Positions 1-7,604 of a stretch of DNA of 20,526 nucleotides are shown here, one piece after another (positions within the stretch are counted from its first letter, which is position 1; the number at the start of each line of letters is the position of its first letter). Location: assembly GCA_965656495.1 (NCBI GenBank), contig CBFHKU010000017.1, forward strand, positions 1-20,526, given 5' to 3'. The DNA comes from Coraliomargaritaceae bacterium. Its GTDB lineage: Bacteria; Verrucomicrobiota; Verrucomicrobiia; Opitutales; Coraliomargaritaceae. The position numbers were made by a program, and so were the translations under genes. The notes beneath the pieces are model-generated. The model was not told the DNA's origin. It saw only the letters and a program-made list of their open reading frames with translations, and ran no database searches.

Positions 1-2
1 TA

Positions 3-68
3 CTCTACAACTTAGAACACATCATTAACCCATCCAGACTAACGAAAGCTCTGGCCCAGTTTGGGTAA
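3..68 (+). CDS. Possible 3' end of an upstream gene (LYNLEHIINPSRLTKALAQFG*), perhaps another sulfatase
   Basis: Open frame from the window edge to TAA at 66-68 starting LYNL, as in sulfatase C-terminal LYNL/LYDL motifs, but the expected DxxE continuation is absent. Confidence 0.2.
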   Translation, partial: LYNLEHIINPSRLTKALAQFG

Positions 69-161
69 CTCGATCACCTCCACGACAGAAGGAAAGCCTA
101 AAATGGGGCAGACCGTTCAATTGAAAACAATCAACCGTAGCATCGCTGCGACCGGAAAATA

Positions 162-1712
162 ATGAAAAGAGAACTGAAAAAACTGTTTATTCTATCTGCT
201 TGTTTGTGGGCCTCAGTGGGCTTGGCGCAGGGTGCTTCAAAATCGGTCGAACCACCGGTTTCCGTTTTGAACGAAATGCAGCCCAAAACGGTGCGTTCCG
301 AACATCCCAATATCGTGCTGATTTATGCCGACGACCTCGGCTATGGCGATTTGAGTTGTTACGGTGCCACGAAGATCGATACGCCGCATATCGATCGGCT
401 CGCCAAAGAGGGACGCCTGTTCACCGACGCGCATTCGACCTCGGCGGTTTGCACGCCTTCACGCTACGCGCTGCTTACGGGGGAGTATCCGTTTCGTATT
501 AACAACTATGGCCCGGTCTTTTGTCAGAATAAGTTGATTATCGACACTGACCAAACAACGATTGCGAGCTTGCTCAAACGCAAGGGCTACGCGACGGCCT
601 GTGTCGGTAAATGGCACCTCGGGTTCGGAAAGAATCAGAAACCGGATTGGAATCAGGATCTGAAGCCGGGGCCACTCGAAGTGGGCTTCGACTATTTTTA
701 CGGTATTCCGGTGGTTAACTCGCATCCGCCGTTTGTGTATATGGAAAATCACCGCGTGCTCGAATTGGAAGCCGATGACCCGCTTGCTTACAAGAAAGGG
801 GGAACCACGCACGCCAAACCCTATCCAGAAAAAAATTACGCAAACCCGCGAATGCTGAATGTGGTTGGCGGAAAAGCGGCGCACGAGTTGTATGTCGATG
901 AAGAGAGTGCGGAACATTTGACTGGAAAAGCCTTGCAATGGATGAACGAGCAAAAGGAACCGTTCTTCCTCTTCTACGCCAGCCACAATATCCACCATCC
1001 CTTCACACCGCATCCGTATTTCCAGGGCAAAAGCGAATGCGGGCTGTATGGCGACTTTGTGGAAGAACTCGACTGGTCGGTCGGCGAAATCCTCGCTGCG
1101 CTGGAAAAGTTCGGCGTGGCCGACAACACGCTGGTCATTTTTACCAGCGACAACGGCGGAATGTTTAATGGCGGTGGCAAACAAGCCATCGCGTTGGGCC
1201 ATGCCCCGAACGGGAAATTGAAAGGTCAGAAATTCGGCGCCTGGGAAGGCGGGCATCGTGTTCCGTTTCTGGCTAAGTGGCCAACGAGAGTCCCGGCCGG
1301 AACCACCTCTGGCGAGCTGCTTGCCAATATGGATTTGTTGCCGACCTTTGCCGCGATACTCAATCAACAATTAACGCCGGAAGAGGCACCCGACGGGCTA
1401 AACCAGTTGCCGCTGTTTCTGGATGATGCTGCAAAGTCTACACGCAAAGACTTGGTTCTTATGCCACATAAGCCGCGTCTTACCTCCCTGCGACAAGGAG
1501 ATTGGGTCTATATTCCGGGTGTTGGTGATGGCGGTTGGATGAAGCCAGAGGAGGGCGATTTGCCGCGCCAGCTCTACAATCTCAACGAGGATCTGTATCA
1601 GACAAACAATCTGATCAATGAGTATCCGGAGAAAGCGCAAGCCATGCAGCAGGCATTACAGGAAAAGTTGAACACGGTCCCGGAAAACCTGCCTAAAGTG
1701 GGAGCCTTTTGA
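162..1712 (+). CDS. Secreted S1 (formylglycine-dependent) sulfatase, arylsulfatase-like
   Basis: Signal peptide; PNIVLIYADDLGYGD, CTPSR, GKWH, IFTSDNG, EGGHRVP and QLYNL motifs; 516 aa. Confidence 0.95.
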   Translation: MKRELKKLFILSACLWASVGLAQGASKSVEPPVSVLNEMQPKTVRSEHPNIVLIYADDLGYGDLSCYGATKIDTPHIDRLAKEGRLFTDAHSTSAVCTPSRYALLTGEYPFRINNYGPVFCQNKLIIDTDQTTIASLLKRKGYATACVGKWHLGFGKNQKPDWNQDLKPGPLEVGFDYFYGIPVVNSHPPFVYMENHRVLELEADDPLAYKKGGTTHAKPYPEKNYANPRMLNVVGGKAAHELYVDEESAEHLTGKALQWMNEQKEPFFLFYASHNIHHPFTPHPYFQGKSECGLYGDFVEELDWSVGEILAALEKFGVADNTLVIFTSDNGGMFNGGGKQAIALGHAPNGKLKGQKFGAWEGGHRVPFLAKWPTRVPAGTTSGELLANMDLLPTFAAILNQQLTPEEAPDGLNQLPLFLDDAAKSTRKDLVLMPHKPRLTSLRQGDWVYIPGVGDGGWMKPEEGDLPRQLYNLNEDLYQTNNLINEYPEKAQAMQQALQEKLNTVPENLPKVGAF

Positions 1713-1751
1713 GCGAAGAAATAATATATGGATCAGGGAAGTTTTAAGTTT

Positions 1752-3310
1752 ATGAGAAAGTCATTGTTTCTATGGAGCTGTATGTTGGCGTCTGTCTGCT
1801 CGGCGCAGGATCCGGTCGAACCGCCGGTTTCGGGCTTGAACGAGATGCAGCCCAAAACGGCGAGCTCAGACCTTCCCAATATTGTGCTGATCTATGCCGA
1901 CGACCTCGGCTATGGCGATTTGAGCTGTTACGGTGCCACGAAACTAAAAACGCCGCATATCGACCGACTCGCGAAAGAGGGACGCCTGTTCACCGACGCG
2001 CATTCAACATCGGCCGTTTGTACGCCGTCACGTTACGCGCTGCTGACGGGCGAGTATCCGTTTCGGGTTAATGAATACAGTGCGATTTTTTGTGAGGATC
2101 GTCTGCTGATCGACACCAAAAAGACCACGATGGCGAGCATGCTAAAACGGAAGGGCTATGCGACCGCCTGCGTCGGCAAATGGCATCTCGGGTTTGGAAA
2201 CAAGCAAAAGCCGGACTGGAATCAGGAGCTTAAGCCGGGGCCATTGGAAGTCGGCTTTGACTACTTTTTCGGGCTGCCGGTCGTTAATTCGCATCCGCCG
2301 TTTGTCTATATGGAGAACCGCCGAATTGTCGGGCTGGATCCGTCGGATCCCTGATTTATCAGCGCGGCGGAAAAACGTATGGAAAGGAGTATCACAAAAA
2401 ACATACGAGCCCACATCGTGGTATGGCGAGTTTGATCGGCGGAAAGGCGGCGCATGAGCTCTATATTGACGAGCTGGTTGGAGAGAAGTTGACGCAGAAA
2501 GCACTGAGCTGGATGAATCAGCAGGCGCAGCCCTTCTTCCTCTATTACGCAAGCCACAATGTGCATTACCCGATTACGCCGCATCCTTACTTTCATGGGA
2601 AAAGCGAGTGCGGACTGCGTGGCGATTTTGTCGAGGAACTCGATTGGTCGGTCGGCCAGCTGATTGCGGCGGTCGAACGATTTGGAGCTTGGGACAACAC
2701 CATCTTTGTTTTCACCAGCGATAACGGTGCAATTATCAAGGATGGTTACCAAGGTGACGTGTTGCAACAGTTGGGACATGCACCCAATGGAAAGCTTAAA
2801 GGTAAGAAATTCGGCGCCTTGGAAGGTGGTCATCGTGTGCCGTTCATTGTCTCCTGGCCGAATAAGATCCCGGCGGGAACCACGTCGGACGCGTTAATAT
2901 CGAATATGGATTTATTGCCAACCTTTGCGTCGATCACGGATCAGAAACTGACTCCGAACGAAGCGCGGGACGGGGTGAACCAGCTGGCGCTGTTTGTGGA
3001 AGAGGGCGGTGTTTCGGCGCGGGATACGCTGATCATCCAGCCGCATGAACGGTCTCATACCTCATTGCGACAAGGCGATTGGATGTATATTCCGGGCGCG
3101 GGCGATGGAGGTTGGACGCGTGGAAAACCGGGCGAACCATCAAGACAGCTTTATAATTTGAAAGAGGACCCCTTTCAGAAAAACAATCGCATCGACGATT
3201 ACCCCGAGCGGGCAGAAGCGATGGCGGTGCGCCTTAAGAAAATGCTCCTGGAGCGCGGCATGCCGGCCGACCCAATCAGCGGGAAGAAGAAAAAAGCGAA
3301 GAAACGATGA
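1752..3310 (+). pseudogene. Frameshifted S1 sulfatase, tandem paralog of 162-1712 (one base missing at about 2349-2351; pseudogene or sequencing error)
   Basis: ORF 1728/1752-2354 carries DDLG/CTPSR/GKWH and stops at GAT CCC TGA. The -1 frame from 2351 reads LIYQRGGKTYGKEYHKKHTSPHRG and continues in frame into ORF 2423-3310 (SDNG, EGGHRVP), collinear with the upstream paralog. Restored length about 519 aa from ATG 1752. Confidence 0.9.
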
Positions 3311-4710
3311 TCAGATTATTCAGGAACCTCTTCCTGCTGATGGCTTGCCTCGCGTCCGTGGCAACGGCCAGGCCGCCCAATATTGTCGTCATCTTCACCG
3401 ATGATCAGGGCTATGCCGATCTCAGCTGTTTCGGAGGCATCCATGTGAACACGCCTCGTATCGACCAAATGGCGGCTGAAGGCGCGAAGCTGACCAGCTT
3501 TTATGTGGCGGCCCCGGTCTGCACGCCGTCGCGCGCAGCGTTAATGACTGGCTGCTATCCTAAGCGAATTGACATGGCAAGAGGTTCCAAATTCGTAGTG
3601 CTGCTCGCTGCGGACAGCAAGGGTTTGAATCCTGAGGAGATAACAATCGCGGAAGTGCTCAAGGCGGGAGGATACAAAACCGGCATGTTCGGCAAGTGGC
3701 ACCTCGGTGATCAGCCGGAATTTCTTCCGACCCGCCAGGGCTTCGACGAATTTTTCGGGATTCCCTACAGCCATGACCTTCACCCGTTTCACCCACAACA
3801 AGCGCATTTCCAGTTTCCCCCGCTGCCCTTGCTGGAAGGGGAGGCAGTGATCGAACTAGATCCGGATGCGGACTATCTGACCCGGCGGTTTACCGAGCGT
3901 GCCGTGCAATTTATCGAAGAGAACAAGGATCGCCCCTTCTTCCTGTATTTGCCACACCCCATTCCTCACAAGCCGCTGCACGTTTCGCCGCCATACATGA
4001 AGGAAGTGCCAGAGGAAATAAAAGCAACCTTGAGCAAGGAAAACAACAGCATCGACTATAAGACCCGCAATCGGCTCCTTGCGCAGGCCATCAGTGAAAT
4101 CGACTGGTCGGTCGGACAGGTTCTGGATGCGCTGAAAAAGAACGGAATTGATGACAACACCGTGGTGATCTTCACTTCGGACAACGGACCGGCGGTCGGC
4201 AAGGCCACCCCGTTGAAGGGGAGAAAAGGCAGCACGTTCGAGGGCGGTATGCGCGAGCCCACCGTGATCCGCTGGCCCGGTAAGATTCCCGCCGGCACCG
4301 TGAACGACGAGCTGATGACCGCGATGGATCTGTTGCCGACCTTCGCCAAACTGGCCGGTGCAGCAATTCCCACCGATCGCGTGATTGACGGCAAGGATAT
4401 CTGGCCGGTCTTGACCGAAAACGCACCATCCCCGCACGAGGCATTCTTCTATTACAAGGTCAACCAACTCGAGGCGGTACGCTCCGGTAAATGGAAGCTG
4501 CGTCTGACGGTTCAGGGCAATGGGAAGGGGAAGGCAACAAAAGCGACGCTTTACGATCTGGAACAGGACATCGGTGAAACGACGGATGTGGCGAAGGACC
4601 ATCCCAAGGTGGTGGAGCGGCTACGCAGAACCATGGCAGAGTTGGAGAAAGAGTTGGCTCTCAACAGCCGCCCCGCAGCTTTTGTCGATAACCCGAAAAC
4701 GCTGAAGTAG
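3307..4710 (+). CDS. Secreted S1 sulfatase
   Basis: Signal peptide; PNIVVIFTDDQGY, CTPSR, GKWHLG, FTSDNG, FEGGMREP, LYDL; ATGA overlap with the previous stop. Confidence 0.95.
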   Translation: MIRLFRNLFLLMACLASVATARPPNIVVIFTDDQGYADLSCFGGIHVNTPRIDQMAAEGAKLTSFYVAAPVCTPSRAALMTGCYPKRIDMARGSKFVVLLAADSKGLNPEEITIAEVLKAGGYKTGMFGKWHLGDQPEFLPTRQGFDEFFGIPYSHDLHPFHPQQAHFQFPPLPLLEGEAVIELDPDADYLTRRFTERAVQFIEENKDRPFFLYLPHPIPHKPLHVSPPYMKEVPEEIKATLSKENNSIDYKTRNRLLAQAISEIDWSVGQVLDALKKNGIDDNTVVIFTSDNGPAVGKATPLKGRKGSTFEGGMREPTVIRWPGKIPAGTVNDELMTAMDLLPTFAKLAGAAIPTDRVIDGKDIWPVLTENAPSPHEAFFYYKVNQLEAVRSGKWKLRLTVQGNGKGKATKATLYDLEQDIGETTDVAKDHPKVVERLRRTMAELEKELALNSRPAAFVDNPKTLK

Positions 4711-4724
4711 AAAAAGAAGGAAAA

Positions 4725-6152
4725 ATGGAAAAACGATTACTTTTACTGCTCATGGCCGCTTGTGTCGGGGCGCAAGCCGCGAACCCGTCTTCGCCTAAAG
4801 GCTTCGACGTGGCAAGCAAACCGAACATTATACTGATCCTAACCGATGACATGGGCTGGAACGCTTTGTCGATTCCGGCGGACCCGGCAATCCCGGAATC
4901 CGGTAGCACCTATTACCAAACTCCGAATACGGACCGGCTGGCCGAAGGCGGCATCCGCTTTTCGAGGGCGTATTCGCCATCTGCGGTATGTGATCCCACG
5001 CGCACGAGTATCCAATACGGCATGACCCCGACGGCTCTCGGGAAATTTGCCACGGTCGGCCCCAAAAAGCTGCCGCCGGTCTCCGACGCGATGGTCAGCC
5101 GTTTGAAAGCGGCGCACCCGCATTATAAAGCCGCCCATTTTGGCAAGTGGCACCAGCGAACCCGGACTCCCGAACAGATCGGATTCGACGTGAGCGACGG
5201 CCAGACCATGAACGATCAGAGCAAGGATCGCCGTGACCCGAAAATGACCTTTTCGCTGGCAAGGAAGGCCAATGCGTTCATGGAAGAGCATGCCTCTAAC
5301 GGCACCCCGTTTTTCATGCAGGTTTCGTTCTATGCCAACCACCTGCAATACCAGGCACTCCCGGAGACGATTGCGAAATACGAAGGGCTGTCCGACCACG
5401 CAACCGAGTATCACAGCTCTCCGCTATGGGCGGCGATGAACGAGGATATGGATACGGCGGTGGGCTCGATCCTCGACACCCTGGACAAGCTGGGCATTGC
5501 GGAAAACACCTACATCATCTACACCGCCGACAACGGCTATGAATTTAAGCGCGACAGATTGCTGCCTGTGGACAAACGCGATTACTACAAATCGTATCCG
5601 CTGCGCAGTCATAAATATGTCCTTAGCGAAGGCGGAATCCGTGTTCCGTTTATCGTTCGGGGACCGGGCATTCCCGCCGGTATTTCATCCCGCGAGCCGG
5701 TTGTGGGCTGGGATATTCTGCCCACGGTGCTGGACATGGCCGATGCCGCCGACCAGATTCCCGAAGCCGTGGAAGGCGGCAGCTTGCTTCCGATGTGCAT
5801 CAGCGGCGGCAAGGCCAAGGTAAAAAGGTTGGATCCCTTCATGGTCTTTCGCTCCGCTATGGCAGACCCCAAAAAAGGGGGCTTTGGTGGCATGCTGGAT
5901 GTGGCCATTATTCAGAACGGCTACAAGTTCTACCGCGAGCTGGAGTCTGGAAACGAGTACCTGTGGTCGCTTTGGGACGACCTTGGCGAATCGAACAACT
6001 TGCTGGAAAAAATGCCCGAGCGTGCGGCACGGCTCCGCAAGAATATGGATGCTTACTGTGAACGGGTGGGTTGGGATCAAAAGGAACGAGCCGGCAGCGT
6101 CCGAGCGAAAAAGGGCGGAAAGAAAACAAAAGATAAGAATAGGAAAAAATAA
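4725..6152 (+). CDS. Secreted S1 sulfatase (CDPTR signature), Lys-rich C-terminal tail
   Basis: AAGGA RBS; signal peptide; LTDDMGW, CDPTR, GKWH, YTADNG, EGGIRVP. Confidence 0.92.
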   Translation: MEKRLLLLLMAACVGAQAANPSSPKGFDVASKPNIILILTDDMGWNALSIPADPAIPESGSTYYQTPNTDRLAEGGIRFSRAYSPSAVCDPTRTSIQYGMTPTALGKFATVGPKKLPPVSDAMVSRLKAAHPHYKAAHFGKWHQRTRTPEQIGFDVSDGQTMNDQSKDRRDPKMTFSLARKANAFMEEHASNGTPFFMQVSFYANHLQYQALPETIAKYEGLSDHATEYHSSPLWAAMNEDMDTAVGSILDTLDKLGIAENTYIIYTADNGYEFKRDRLLPVDKRDYYKSYPLRSHKYVLSEGGIRVPFIVRGPGIPAGISSREPVVGWDILPTVLDMADAADQIPEAVEGGSLLPMCISGGKAKVKRLDPFMVFRSAMADPKKGGFGGMLDVAIIQNGYKFYRELESGNEYLWSLWDDLGESNNLLEKMPERAARLRKNMDAYCERVGWDQKERAGSVRAKKGGKKTKDKNRKK

Positions 6153-7546
6153 TGAATAGATTACTAAGAACCATCTTTATGCTGACTGTTGTTGTCAGCG
6201 CATCCGTCACTGCGGCCAGCCAGCCGAACATTGTTGTTATCTTTACCGATGATCAGGGCTACGCGGATCTTGGCTGCTTCGGTAGCGAGGAAAACCAGAC
6301 GCCGGTGCTCAATCAACTTGCAGCAGAGGGCACCAAATTTACCTCATTTTACGCGCAACCCGTATGCGGTCCATCGCGTTCAGCCTTGTTGACGGGGCGT
6401 TATCCTGCGCTCAGTAAAGGGTGGTCGATGCCGGCGTCGGAAATCACCTTTGCTGAAATGCTGAAAGAGGTCGGCTATCAGACCGCCTGCGTGGGCAAGT
6501 GGGATGTGTCGAATCGTAAGGCGATTGTTCCTCGCATGCCGAACGCACAAGGCTTCGATTTTTATTACGGTGCACTCGGCGCGAATGATGCCGGAAAGGT
6601 GACGCTTCACCACAACAACGAGGAAGTTGGAAAGACGGAAGATATGGCGAGCCTGACGCGGCTCTATACCGACCAGGCCTTGGATTATCTCAAGAATCAG
6701 CGCGACCCTGAAAAACCATTTCTGCTCTATCTGTCACACACGATGATGCACACGATCATTGACGCGTCACCGAAGTTTAAGGAACACACGGGCGATAACC
6801 TTTATCGTGCGGTGGTCGAAGAGTTTGACTACGAAACGGGACGACTGCTCGACACGCTCGACGAACTCGGACTGAGCGAAAACACGCTGGTGATCTATAC
6901 GACCGACAACGGCCCCTGGAACCAGCCGAAGTATTATGAAAACAAAGGCGGGCATCCGGAGAATTCGATTTTCTGGGGCGATGCCGGTCCATTCCGCGAT
7001 GGCAAGGCGTCCATTTACGAAGGCGGAATCCGCGTGCCTTGCATTATGCGCTGGCCCGGAAAAATCGCAGTAGGTGAAACCAATGATGGGCTGATGGCGA
7101 CCATCGACCTACTACCGACCTTTGCCGCGATGGCGGGTGCGAAGGTGCCCGATGACCGACCGATTCATGGAGTCAATCAACTCGATTTTATCTGCGGCAA
7201 AGCCGAAACTGCGCGCGAAAGCTATCTCTACAATCCCGGCTCCGCGTCCGTGCAGACAAACCTCGTGCAAGGCAATGCGATTTGCGTGGGCGATTGGAAA
7301 CTGATTTCGCCCTTAACCGTCGGTTGGTTTTTGGAAGATGCCGGGACGGGCGATTGGGAGCTCTATAATTTGAAAGAGGATCTCGGCGAGACGAAGAATC
7401 TCGCGGCTCAATATCCTGAAAAGGTCCAACAGCTCAAAAATTTACTTCAAGCCAGCGAGGCAAGCTTTCCTAAAGCAAAGACGAAACCCAGTAAGAAAAA
7501 GGGAAAGAGTGGGGTTGCAAAAAAGCCGACTGTTTCCAAAAAGTAA
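6152..7546 (+). CDS. Secreted S1 sulfatase (CGPSR; GKWD variant), Lys-rich C-terminal tail
   Basis: TAATG overlap with the previous gene; FTDDQGY, CGPSR, YTTDNG, YEGGIRVP, ELYNL. Confidence 0.93.
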   Translation: MNRLLRTIFMLTVVVSASVTAASQPNIVVIFTDDQGYADLGCFGSEENQTPVLNQLAAEGTKFTSFYAQPVCGPSRSALLTGRYPALSKGWSMPASEITFAEMLKEVGYQTACVGKWDVSNRKAIVPRMPNAQGFDFYYGALGANDAGKVTLHHNNEEVGKTEDMASLTRLYTDQALDYLKNQRDPEKPFLLYLSHTMMHTIIDASPKFKEHTGDNLYRAVVEEFDYETGRLLDTLDELGLSENTLVIYTTDNGPWNQPKYYENKGGHPENSIFWGDAGPFRDGKASIYEGGIRVPCIMRWPGKIAVGETNDGLMATIDLLPTFAAMAGAKVPDDRPIHGVNQLDFICGKAETARESYLYNPGSASVQTNLVQGNAICVGDWKLISPLTVGWFLEDAGTGDWELYNLKEDLGETKNLAAQYPEKVQQLKNLLQASEASFPKAKTKPSKKKGKSGVAKKPTVSKK

Positions 7547-7604
7547 TTGGCGTCCATGGGCGCATTTATCTCAAATCAGAACACCATCGAAAAAGGAAAT
7601 TATC

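Noticed and set aside
200..2071. Similar alternative-frame ORFs 200-502 and 1772-2071
   Set aside because: Similarity simply follows from the duplicated sulfatase DNA.
2349..2354. CCC-TGA as a programmed frameshift site
   Set aside because: CCC-UGA promotes +1 shifts, but restoring this gene needs -1; no X-XXY-YYZ heptamer or long homopolymer is present.
2423..3310. Independent 295-aa sulfatase gene
   Set aside because: Lacks signal peptide and CxPxR; it is the C-terminal part of the frameshifted gene.
7509..7604. Longer ORF-track starts (7509, also 10681, 12232, 15065)
   Set aside because: They overlap neighbouring genes or the promoter; downstream ATGs place signal peptides at the N-terminus and mostly have RBS-like sequences.
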